The position numbers and the translations under genes are program-made. A stretch of 64,000 nucleotides of DNA. Source: a virus. The stretch lies in the IMG/VR virus record IMGVR_UViG_3300036790_000178, positions 1 to 64,000 of that record. One strand, written 5' to 3'. Below, in pieces: positions 55,759 through 64,000 of this stretch. The stretch's first letter is position 1, and each line of letters starts with the position of its first letter. Below the pieces are notes generated by a model. That model had not been told where the DNA came from. It made no database searches and saw only the letters and a list, made by a program, of their open reading frames with translations.

Positions 55759-56343
55759 ATGAACGAGTTCAAAGACGGCTGGATTGAGGACGAGAACGGC
55801 AACCGCTGTTCCGTCGACTATTTTGGCTCCGAGGAGGCGGCGCGCGAGGCGCTGGCATCGCTCAAGAATTGCAAGCGATGTATCAACTGCTCGGGCTGCT
55901 CGGACTGCTCGGACTGCTCGGGCTGCTCGGGCTGCTCGGACTGCTCGGGCTGCTCGCGCTGCTCGCATACCGCCTTTCTCTACGATAAGAAAGACCTGCA
56001 TGCGGACCCGGCGGCGGCCGTCCGCGGCTCGCCGCCCATACCACGCATCGAGAGCATTCACCAGGCGGTATACGCCGCGGTATCACAACCCAACGCGCTG
56101 GACATGGGTTCGTGGCATGTATGCGATACGACGCACTGCCGCGCGGGATGGGTGATCGCACTGGCGGGCGAGGCCGGAAAGGCGCTAGAGGACTTCCACA
56201 ACACTCCTTTGGCGGCGCAACTGATCTATCGAGAGAGCGGCTACGAAATCAACCCGTGCCGGTTCTACGACACGAACGAGGCGGCCATGGAGGATATGCG
56301 GCGCCTGGCGGATGGGAGCGCGATGCCCGAGGCCCAGCCATGA
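55759..56343 (+). CDS. CxxCxxC tandem-repeat protein
   Basis: (CS[G/D])n tract and LDM..WH.C.TTHCRAGW domain. Confidence 0.8.
   Translation: MNEFKDGWIEDENGNRCSVDYFGSEEAAREALASLKNCKRCINCSGCSDCSDCSGCSGCSDCSGCSRCSHTAFLYDKKDLHADPAAAVRGSPPIPRIESIHQAVYAAVSQPNALDMGSWHVCDTTHCRAGWVIALAGEAGKALEDFHNTPLAAQLIYRESGYEINPCRFYDTNEAAMEDMRRLADGSAMPEAQP
55888..55968 (+). repeat. 9 x 9-bp tandem repeat TGCTCGNNN
   Basis: Read directly from the sequence. Confidence 0.95.
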
Positions 56344-56666
56344 CCGAATGCGCCGACTCCTTGAGCAAGCAGCACGACTTCGAGACGCGCCCCGATTGGA
56401 TGGGCGATCCGAGCATCCCCAACGGCACGACGAGCTGGGATGTGAAGCGCTGCCGTCACTGCGGGCACGAGCAGATCCAGTGCGATTGCGGTGCCTGGTT
56501 CGATCCGGTGGGCGATGACGGCGAGGATCTCACGCGCTGTGCCAACTGCGAGCAGAACCGGGCCGAGGCCGAGTATGACCGCCAGCAGGAGGAAGGATTT
56601 CGGGGCGGCGAATGGGCGGCAGCGCAGGCCGCTGAGCAGGATCGGATCCGGAGGGAGCTGAAATGA
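56340..56666 (+). CDS. Zinc-ribbon hypothetical protein
   Basis: GDPSIPNG, CRHCG, CDCG, CANC. Confidence 0.6.
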   Translation: MTECADSLSKQHDFETRPDWMGDPSIPNGTTSWDVKRCRHCGHEQIQCDCGAWFDPVGDDGEDLTRCANCEQNRAEAEYDRQQEEGFRGGEWAAAQAAEQDRIRRELK

Positions 56667-57430
56667 GCCCAGCGCCTGCAAAGTTAGCTGGGCGACGTTT
56701 CAACAAGCTCACGGCAATTGAGTTCGTTGGCCGACGAGAGCCATCGAACGGCAACCGCATCTGGCGCTTTCGATGCGACTGCGGGAAAGAAATAGAAACC
56801 ATAGCGACAAGGGTGGTTAGGGGACTCCGCATATCTTGCGGCTGCGCAAACAACCATGCCCATACCACAGAGCACCGCGCCAACATAAGCCGTGGTCTCA
56901 AAAAATATAATGACAAGCATCCAGAGGCTCCGAATTCGGCGCGGAGAAAGAAGATAAGCGATGCCGTGAAGAAGGCTTACGGTGAAGGGCGACTATCAAA
57001 AGATATTTCGCTCAGGAACCTCTCAAGAGCGCGTCAGAAGCTAAAAGCTAATCCGGAACTTTTGGCATTAGGCGGACAGCGCGGCGGTTCAGCGAAACGC
57101 GGACTCCCGCAGCGCAAGGGATCGCTAAACGAAATGGGGCCGCTCAACCATAACGGAAAACGCTACGGGCTGATCTCTCCGGACGGGGTCAGATATCACG
57201 CGCTCAACTTGAATGACTTTATCCGGACACACCATCACCTGTTTGACCCTCGCGACGTTGACTGGAAGATTCTTCCGAAACATCCCGCGAAGGGGCTGTA
57301 TTGCAGGGCACAAGGTGGGCTGCGGTCGCTGTTTGTGAGCAATCCTGAGAAGCAAAACAGTGCTTGGAAGAATTGGCAAGCGTTTTATGGTCCTAACATC
57401 GTGCGGCGCAAACCGGAGGGCTCGCAATGA
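56663..57430 (+). CDS. Homing-endonuclease-type DNA-binding protein (NUMOD3-like)
   Basis: G.RF.KLT, W...CDCG, SCGC, H..EHR.NIS; lower GC than neighbours. Confidence 0.7.
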   Translation: MSPAPAKLAGRRFNKLTAIEFVGRREPSNGNRIWRFRCDCGKEIETIATRVVRGLRISCGCANNHAHTTEHRANISRGLKKYNDKHPEAPNSARRKKISDAVKKAYGEGRLSKDISLRNLSRARQKLKANPELLALGGQRGGSAKRGLPQRKGSLNEMGPLNHNGKRYGLISPDGVRYHALNLNDFIRTHHHLFDPRDVDWKILPKHPAKGLYCRAQGGLRSLFVSNPEKQNSAWKNWQAFYGPNIVRRKPEGSQ

Positions 57431-57669
57431 TTTCGACCTGGTGGGCCAGCCTCTCCTGGTCTCACGCCACATTTGTGCTCGTCGCGATCCTGCTCGCGAT
57501 CGTCGTGCTCTGGTACGCGTTCGCCTCGCTCATCGAGTCGGCGACGAACGACCCGCGGCCGCGCGCGTACCCGCTCGCCGACTACTCCGCCGCATATCAG
57601 CGGCAACGGGACTGGCTCGGTGACAGATGGCTCCTGGCTCGGCCGGTCAACCGGAGGTTGGCGCGATGA
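57427..57669 (+). CDS. Small membrane protein
   Basis: One TM; WLGDRWLLARP. Confidence 0.6.
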   Translation: MISTWWASLSWSHATFVLVAILLAIVVLWYAFASLIESATNDPRPRAYPLADYSAAYQRQRDWLGDRWLLARPVNRRLAR

Positions 57670-58556
57670 GTCTCACGACAGAACAGGTCGCGGCGCGCGC
57701 CAACGGTATTGGCGGGAGCGACGCCGCCGCCGCCCTCGGCCTCTCCAAGCGCAAGACGGTGCGTCAGCTCTATCACGAGAAGCGGGGGGAAATTCCACCC
57801 GATGTCTTCGACGCCGAAGTTATCTGGTGGGGCAATGCGCTCGAGCCGGTTGTGCGGCAGAAGTACGCCGAGAAAACCGGGCATACCGTGCTGCTGCCGA
57901 AAGAGACGCTCTGGCATCCGGCGCACGCCTTCATGTGTGCGCACATCGACGGCTACGTCGACGCTCCGCGCCGCGGATACGAGGGTAAGACCGCATTCCT
58001 CTCAACCGGCTGGGGCGAGGAAGGCACAGACCAGGTTCCTTCTGACTGTCTGATGCAGGTCCACCATTACATGATCGTCACGGACCTGCCCGTGTTCGAC
58101 GTCGCGTGCCTCATCGGGCGCCGGTTTGCCTATTACGAAGTGCCGGCTGATCCCGAACTCCATCAGATGATCATCGAGGGCGAGCGAGAGTTCGCCCGGC
58201 GCGTGAAGGATGGCGATCCGCCGCCGCTCGATTACGAGCATCCGACCGCGCTCGATGTCATGAAGAGGTTGCACCGCGGCACGAACGGCGTGCGCCTCAT
58301 CGCGTCCGAGGGAGCCTGCGGGTGGCGTCGCAAGATCGAGCGCGCGCAGCGCATCGAGAAAGCGGCGAAGGCCCGCATCGATGCCTACAAGAGCCGGCTC
58401 CTCGAGGAGATGGGAGATGCCGCGCTCCTCGCCTTCCCCGACGGCAAATGTTACCGCCGCCAGGTCACCCCGCGCGCCGCCTACTCCGTCGATGCGACCG
58501 AGTATGTAGACGCCAGGTTCATCAACGATCCGCTGATCAAAGGTAAAAAGCGATGA
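57666..58556 (+). CDS. YqaJ-like (lambda-exo family) exonuclease
   Basis: GIGGSDAAA.LG, WG..LE, A.IDG, E.KT, Q..HY. Confidence 0.92.
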   Translation: MSLTTEQVAARANGIGGSDAAAALGLSKRKTVRQLYHEKRGEIPPDVFDAEVIWWGNALEPVVRQKYAEKTGHTVLLPKETLWHPAHAFMCAHIDGYVDAPRRGYEGKTAFLSTGWGEEGTDQVPSDCLMQVHHYMIVTDLPVFDVACLIGRRFAYYEVPADPELHQMIIEGEREFARRVKDGDPPPLDYEHPTALDVMKRLHRGTNGVRLIASEGACGWRRKIERAQRIEKAAKARIDAYKSRLLEEMGDAALLAFPDGKCYRRQVTPRAAYSVDATEYVDARFINDPLIKGKKR

Positions 58557-59632
58557 GTACCGTACCCGAGAAGGCTCTCAATCCGTTCGGCAGCGTCGCT
58601 GTCGTCGCCTCGCCAACCGGTGGAGGCGCCTCCGCCGCTGCTCTCGCTTCCCGCGAAGCGCAGGACATCATGATGCAGATGATGTGCGCGAGACAGTTCC
58701 CGCGAGATCCCATCCGTGCGACCGACCGCGCGCTCAATGCCTTCACACGCCCGGAACTCTGCGAGGAGGCGATGTACGCCTACAGTCGCGGCGGGTCTGA
58801 CGTGTCGGGCCTTTCCATCCGTGCGGCGGAAGTGCTGGCACAGTGCTGGGGCAACATTCGCACCGGCGTCGCCGAGTTGGTCCGCGGCGCCGGCCAGTCG
58901 GAGCTGCTTTCCTTTGCCCAGGATCTCGAGACGGGCTTCTCCGATGAGAAGCGCTTCTTCGTGCAGCACTGGCGCGATACGAAGCAGGGCGGCAAGGCGG
59001 TCACCGGGGAGCGCGACGTCTACGAACTCGGCGCCAACATGGGCGCGCGCCGCAAACGTGCCTGCATCCTCGCCGTGATCCCGAAGGACGTACAGGCGGC
59101 GTGCGAGCGGCAGATCGAGATCACCCTGAAGCAAAAGGCCGAAGTCACGCCAGACTCGATCAAGGCATTGCTACAGGCCTTCGAGAAATACGGCGTCACG
59201 AAAGAGCAGATCGAGAAGCGCATTCAGCGCCATATCGACGCAATGCTACCCGCGCAGCTCGTGCAGATGCGCCGCATCTTCGCCTCGCTCAAGGACGGCA
59301 TGAGCAGTGCCGAGGAATGGTTCGAGATGGGCGCCGCTCCGGCGCCTGAGCAGGCATCGACGTCGCAGACCGAGGCGGCGAAGCAGGCGCTCAAGGGCAA
59401 GCAGCCGAAAACTCAAGCATCCAAGGACGAAGGCAACATTCCGCACTTCGACGATGCGACGGCCGAAGCGGAACTCAAGAAACACCAGACCTCGGCAGCG
59501 CACGACAAAGCATGGAACGAGATCCTGAAGGATTACGAGGCCACGAACCGCAAGCTCCCGGATGGTTTGGAGCCGCTCTATAAGGATCGCCTCGAGGCGC
59601 TCAAGGAAAAAGAGAGCAAAAAGGATCTCTGA
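58553..59632 (+). CDS. Putative single-strand annealing recombinase
   Basis: FPRD, G.SIR.AE...WGN, GARR.R.CIL; coupled to the exonuclease. Confidence 0.7.
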   Translation: MSTVPEKALNPFGSVAVVASPTGGGASAAALASREAQDIMMQMMCARQFPRDPIRATDRALNAFTRPELCEEAMYAYSRGGSDVSGLSIRAAEVLAQCWGNIRTGVAELVRGAGQSELLSFAQDLETGFSDEKRFFVQHWRDTKQGGKAVTGERDVYELGANMGARRKRACILAVIPKDVQAACERQIEITLKQKAEVTPDSIKALLQAFEKYGVTKEQIEKRIQRHIDAMLPAQLVQMRRIFASLKDGMSSAEEWFEMGAAPAPEQASTSQTEAAKQALKGKQPKTQASKDEGNIPHFDDATAEAELKKHQTSAAHDKAWNEILKDYEATNRKLPDGLEPLYKDRLEALKEKESKKDL

Positions 59633-59744
59633 CACGAACCGGCGCGCCGGCGCCTGACTGTCCCGATCGGTCCTTTGTAGGGTTGACTAGATCGGGTGAG
59701 GCGTCGGCGGCCTTTCCTCTCCATCTCATCAGGACAAACGCAAA

Positions 59745-61187
59745 ATGACACGCCTGCACGAGCTCGAAGTCGAGGGCTTTAAAAAGATCCGGGTCGTCCG
59801 GTTTCAGCTGCGCAAGGGGATCACCGAAATCTCCGGGCGCAACGGGGCCGGCAAGAGCAGCATCCTCGATTCGATTGCCGTCTGGCTCGACGGCATGAAG
59901 GTCGCCCCCGAGAAGCCGATCCGCACCGGCTGCGAGCGGGCGCGAATCCGCGGCCGACTGGGGGAGATGATCGTCTCTCGCGAGATCCGCCAGGGCAAAA
60001 ACGGCAAGTACACGACCTCGATTACGTTCCAGCCAGTCGAGGGCAAGCCTTATCCGGCCACGCAACGACAGCTCGAGGACCTGATCGGCGCTCACCATCT
60101 CGATCCGCTCGATTTTCTGACGCTCGACAAGAGAGGCAAGTGGGACGCTCTCAAGGCCTTCGTCCCCGGCTTCGACTTCCAGCGCTGCGCGAACGATCAG
60201 GCAGCCGACTTCGCCCGACGCACCGATGTCAATCGCATTGCGAAGGAGGCGCGCGCCGCGGCGAGCCTGATCCTCGTGCCCGAGGGCACGCCCGAAGAGC
60301 CGGTCGACGAGCAGGCCCTGGTTCAGCAGCTGCAGGCCGCCGGCGATGCGAACGCGGAACTCGAGGCACGCAAGGGTCGGCGCGAGCAAGCAGTGCGAGA
60401 CGTCGCGGCGCTCCGCCAGAAGGCGGCGGACGCGCTCAATGAGATTGAGCCGACGGTCGGTCATATCCAGATTCGCACGGCCGACCAGGTCGGAGAGATC
60501 GATCGGCGTATCCGCGAACTCGAACAGCAGATCGCGTCGCTGAGGGAGCGCTCGAATAGTCTCCAGGCCGAGGCGTTGGAGGAGATCAAAGCCGAGGAGC
60601 AGCGGCTTCGGGAGACCTCGGCTGCCCATGCCGCTGCGGCCGACGCGCTGCAGAAGCGGCTGGATGAGGCTCCGGAGCTGCCGGCGCCGGTCGATACCGT
60701 GGCGCTCGCTCAGAGGATCGAGGCCGCGCGCCTGGTCAACCAGGCCGTCACCCGTGCGCAGGAACGCGTAAAGCACGCCGCAACAGCCGAGAAGTACGAG
60801 GCCGAGAGCGAGCAGCTCACCGAGCAGATGAAGGCGCGCGAGGCCGCGAAGCGCAACGCCATCGCGAGCGCGAAGCTCCCGATCCCCGGCATCGACTTCG
60901 GCGACGGGGAGATCCTCTACCAGGGCGAGCCGCTCGAGCAGGCCTCTACCGCGCAGAAATTCCGCGTCGCGATCGCGCGGATCGTCGCGTTGAATCCAGA
61001 GTTGCGACTCGCCTGGATCCGGGACGCGTCGCTTCTCGATGATGAGTCGTATCAGGAGCTCGCGAAGCTCGCCGAGGAATTCGACGTAGACATCCTGCTG
61101 GAGACGGTCAGGCCGATCGGTGGAGATGCCGTAGTCCTTGAGGACGGGCGCATCAAGGCCGAGGGCGCCGCGGAGAGCGCGGCATGA
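59745..61187 (+). CDS. SMC/RecN-like AAA ATPase
   Basis: GRNGAGKSS Walker A, long coiled coil, AS.A, D.SLLD. Confidence 0.85.
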   Translation: MTRLHELEVEGFKKIRVVRFQLRKGITEISGRNGAGKSSILDSIAVWLDGMKVAPEKPIRTGCERARIRGRLGEMIVSREIRQGKNGKYTTSITFQPVEGKPYPATQRQLEDLIGAHHLDPLDFLTLDKRGKWDALKAFVPGFDFQRCANDQAADFARRTDVNRIAKEARAAASLILVPEGTPEEPVDEQALVQQLQAAGDANAELEARKGRREQAVRDVAALRQKAADALNEIEPTVGHIQIRTADQVGEIDRRIRELEQQIASLRERSNSLQAEALEEIKAEEQRLRETSAAHAAAADALQKRLDEAPELPAPVDTVALAQRIEAARLVNQAVTRAQERVKHAATAEKYEAESEQLTEQMKAREAAKRNAIASAKLPIPGIDFGDGEILYQGEPLEQASTAQKFRVAIARIVALNPELRLAWIRDASLLDDESYQELAKLAEEFDVDILLETVRPIGGDAVVLEDGRIKAEGAAESAA

Positions 61188-61936
61188 CTGTGCTCATCCT
61201 TGACACAGAGGCGACCGACAAAGAGCCCGGCCGCGAGCTGATCGAAGCCGCCTGGGTCTCGATACGACCTGTCGAGGATCTCGGCGGCGTCAATCCCGAC
61301 ATCATCGCGGTGCCGATCGTCCTCGACGGCGAGTTCTGCCAGCGCTACAAGCCGCAGCAGCCCTCGAAATTCGGCGCCCTGGCCGTTCATCACATCCTGC
61401 CCGAGGAGTTGGAATACATGCCGCCGGCGAGTTCGTTCGAGCTTCCCGCGGGCGTCACCTACCTGATCGGCCACTCAATCGATTCGGATTGGGAGACGAT
61501 CGGCAAGCCCGACATCAAGCGGATCTGCACGCTCGCAATGGCGCGATCGCTCTGGCCGAAGGCCGACAGCCACTCGCAAAGCGCGATGCTCTACATGTTG
61601 AACGGGGCGACGGTCGAGACGCGCCGCATGTTGAAGGACGCGCACAGCGCCGCGGCGGATGTCCGCAATAACCTGATCCTGCTCGAATACATCCTCGCCG
61701 CGAAGCCTGAGATCCGCACCTGGTCGGCGCTCTGGGCGTTCAGCGAGGAAGCGCGCATCCCGACCGTCATGTTCATGGGGCGCAACAAGGGCGAGCCGAT
61801 ATCGAGCCTCGATAGCGGGGAAGCTCGCTGGTACCTAGAACGTGATTTTATAGACGAGTATCAGCGCAAGGCGCTCACCCGTGAGTTAGATAGAAGGCGC
61901 TCGGAATCATTTGCAGAGGACGTCGACTGTGCGTGA
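61184..61936 (+). CDS. DEDDh 3'-5' exonuclease (ExoX-like)
   Basis: LDTE, GH..D.D, CTL, HSA..D. Confidence 0.88.
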   Translation: MTVLILDTEATDKEPGRELIEAAWVSIRPVEDLGGVNPDIIAVPIVLDGEFCQRYKPQQPSKFGALAVHHILPEELEYMPPASSFELPAGVTYLIGHSIDSDWETIGKPDIKRICTLAMARSLWPKADSHSQSAMLYMLNGATVETRRMLKDAHSAAADVRNNLILLEYILAAKPEIRTWSALWAFSEEARIPTVMFMGRNKGEPISSLDSGEARWYLERDFIDEYQRKALTRELDRRRSESFAEDVDCA

Positions 61937-62465
61937 GACCTGGCGGCCGATCATTGGATTTGAAGGGCTCTATGAGGTGTCCGATCTGGGGCGCCTCAGA
62001 AGTCTGGACAAATTCATCAAGAGTTCAAACGGTGGCGTTCAGCTTTGCCGCGGCAGGGTGCTGAAATTGCAGCACAGGGGCAGATATCCGCATATCACCC
62101 TCCACCGTGGGCGCGAGTACAAAAATACCCATGTCCATACCGCGGTGCTGGAGGCGTTTATCGGTCCGCGTCCTCCCGGGATGGAGGCATGCCACGGACC
62201 AGATCCGAACCCGGATAATTGCGCGCTCTCGAACCTCCGCTGGGACACCAAGAGCAACAATCAGAAAGACCGGCTCACGCAAGGAGGCAGAGATTACCGA
62301 GGTTCAAAACATCCCGGTTCGCTGCTGACTGACGTGGACGTGGAACGAATGCGGGACCTGCATCGAACCGGCCTTCGAGCAAAAGCGATCAGCAAGTGGC
62401 TGGGCACGAGAAATTCCAACACGTGGCTGATCATCAAAGGCAAAGCATGGAGGCATGTCCTGTGA
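61929..62465 (+). CDS. NUMOD4-HNH endonuclease
   Basis: WRPI.GFEGLYEVS..GR, VH..V..AF.G, CH....N...NLRW.T...N. Confidence 0.9.
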   Translation: MRETWRPIIGFEGLYEVSDLGRLRSLDKFIKSSNGGVQLCRGRVLKLQHRGRYPHITLHRGREYKNTHVHTAVLEAFIGPRPPGMEACHGPDPNPDNCALSNLRWDTKSNNQKDRLTQGGRDYRGSKHPGSLLTDVDVERMRDLHRTGLRAKAISKWLGTRNSNTWLIIKGKAWRHVL

Positions 62466-62686
62466 ACGCAGTCCTTCGCCGCACCCGAACCGCAGCCGTG
62501 ACGCAACGTCGCATCAACCGGTTCCTGCGCCGCAAATGCTACGGCCATGTGAGCGGCTCTCTCGTGCAGTGCGACTGCTGCCCGAAGTTTGAGCGGATCG
62601 GAGAGTTGTCGGAGCGCGGATGGTGCGGGAAGTGTGAGCGGGAGTTCGGGTGCGTCGTGCGTGCGTTACGAGGTCGCGCAGCATGA
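62462..62686 (+). CDS. Small zinc-binding protein
   Basis: CDCC...WCGKC; coupled. Confidence 0.5.
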   Translation: MNAVLRRTRTAAVTQRRINRFLRRKCYGHVSGSLVQCDCCPKFERIGELSERGWCGKCEREFGCVVRALRGRAA

Positions 62687-64000
62687 GCGATTACCTGGCA
62701 TTCCTCGAACGCAAGGTCGCGCTGGCCCAGGCCTTCGGCTTCGAGATCGACCCGGCCGAGGTCAATCCCCTGCTATTCCCGCAGCAGCGCGACGCGGTCG
62801 TATGGGCCGTGGCGGGCGGCCGGCGCGCCCTCTTCGAGAGCTTCGGGCTCGGCAAGACCGTGCAGCAGTCCGAGATCGTGAGGATCGTGCGCGCGCGCGT
62901 CGGCGGCGCTGCGCTGATCTCTCTGCCGCTCGGGGTGCGCCATGAGTTCATCCGGGACGGCGCTCGCCTCGGCATCGACTTCCAGTTCATCCGCTCGCAC
63001 GATGAGATGCGGGCAGGCCACGAGTTCTACCTCACGAACCACGACAGCGTGCGGCTCGGCAAGGTCGATCCGGCGCGCTTCTCTGTGGCGAGCTTGGATG
63101 AGGCCGCGGTGCTGCGCTCCTACGGTTCTGACACGTTCCAGGAGTTCGTGCCGCTCTTTGCCAGCGTGCCGTATCGCTTCGTCGCGACGGCTACGCCTGA
63201 TCCGAACCGGCACAAGGAACTCATCCACTATTCGCACTTCTTGGGCGTGCTCGACTCCGGGCAGGCCCTGACGCGTTTCTTCCAGCGCAACAGCGAGAAA
63301 GCCGGGGATCTCACGCTCTATCCGCATAAGCGGCAAGAGTTCTTCCTGTGGCTCGCCTCTTGGTCGCTCTGGCTGCAGAAGCCGTCCGACCTCGGGTATA
63401 GCGACGAAGGCTATGACCTGCCGCCGCTCGACGTGCAGTTCCATGAGGTGGCCGTCGACCATTCGGCGGCGGCAGCGGATCGCGACGGCCAGGGGCAGAT
63501 GTTTCGCAACGCGGCTCTATCTGCTGCCACGGCGGCGAAGGAGAAGCGCGCGACGCTCGCGGATCGGATCGGGAAGGTCCGCGAGCTGCTCAGTACGATC
63601 GGGCCAGCGGAGCAGGTCGTCATCTGGGCGGACCTCAATGACGAGCAGTCCGCGATCGAGCAGGTCCTGGACGATGCCGGAATCAGCTATTCGTCGCTCT
63701 ACGGCTCGCAGGACATCGATCACCGCGAGAAGCTGCTCACCGACTGGCTCGAACGGCGCACGCGGGCCTTCGTGTCAAAACCCGTCATGTATGGCGCCGG
63801 CGTCAACCTGCAGCAGTGCAGCCGGATGATGTTTGCTGGCGTCACGTATAAGTTCTACGACGCCATCCAGGCGATTCACCGCATCTACCGCTTCCTGCAG
63901 ATGAAGGCCTGCAGGGTGGATTTCGTGCACGCCGAGAGCGAGCGCGAGGTCGTCACCAACTTCCGCGAGAAGTGGACTCAGCACAACGAGCAGACTGCGG
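62683..64000 (+). CDS. SNF2-like helicase, truncated by the window end (this family is often fused to a DNA methylase)
   Basis: Manual translation MSDYLAFLERK, GLGKT, LDEA, ATATP.PN, G.GVNLQ, QAIHRIYRF; no stop in the window. Confidence 0.85.
   Translation, partial: MSDYLAFLERKVALAQAFGFEIDPAEVNPLLFPQQRDAVVWAVAGGRRALFESFGLGKTVQQSEIVRIVRARVGGAALISLPLGVRHEFIRDGARLGIDFQFIRSHDEMRAGHEFYLTNHDSVRLGKVDPARFSVASLDEAAVLRSYGSDTFQEFVPLFASVPYRFVATATPDPNRHKELIHYSHFLGVLDSGQALTRFFQRNSEKAGDLTLYPHKRQEFFLWLASWSLWLQKPSDLGYSDEGYDLPPLDVQFHEVAVDHSAAAADRDGQGQMFRNAALSAATAAKEKRATLADRIGKVRELLSTIGPAEQVVIWADLNDEQSAIEQVLDDAGISYSSLYGSQDIDHREKLLTDWLERRTRAFVSKPVMYGAGVNLQQCSRMMFAGVTYKFYDAIQAIHRIYRFLQMKACRVDFVHAESEREVVTNFREKWTQHNEQTA

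Larger units (their letters stand above)
809..64000. mobile_element. Temperate contractile-tailed prophage, right end beyond the window
   Basis: att site plus ordered head, tail, lysis, replication, immunity and recombination modules. Confidence 0.95.

Noticed and set aside
55888-55968. CRISPR array
   Set aside because: Coding 9-bp tandem repeat without spacers; no cas genes

Overview
About 800 bp of host DNA (3' part of a SLATT-like membrane protein gene) is followed by a roughly 63 kb temperate myovirus-type prophage. Its left junction is a 47-bp copy of the 3' half of tRNA-Ala(GGC) at 809-855. The integrase and intact tRNA are not in the window and should lie beyond 64000. Left to right: (i) a + strand accessory block (RadC/JAB, HTH, small ORFs, acyltransferase-3, hexapeptide O-acetyltransferase); (ii) a long - strand late region with terminase, DUF1073-type portal, minor head protein, NUDIX-DUF2213 protein, scaffold, capsid, neck, sheath, tube, chaperone with a -1 slippery site, SLT tape measure, baseplate, fibres, GH108 lysis cassette and two papain-fold peptidases; (iii) - strand early/middle genes (cro, CII-like, DUF1376 replication protein, RusA, HNH, Q-like); (iv) cI with four 16-bp operators and a + strand operon (YqaJ, recombinase, SMC-like ATPase, ExoX, HNH, SNF2-type helicase cut by the window end). 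The most striking feature is at the distal end of the late region: a 1520-aa tail-fibre-like protein and three neighbours all carry Sec or Tat export signals. Short repeated hairpin-like motifs occur in three of these proteins and in the head-tail adaptor, suggesting an exported fibre/glycanase appendage system (hypothesis). Other notable signals: a host-type parS site, a twin-arginine-tagged free copy of the baseplate Ig-like repeat, a 260-nt structured gap in the head operon, an ATC start codon and apparently leaderless cro/cI. All assignments come from motif recognition by eye; no searches were run.
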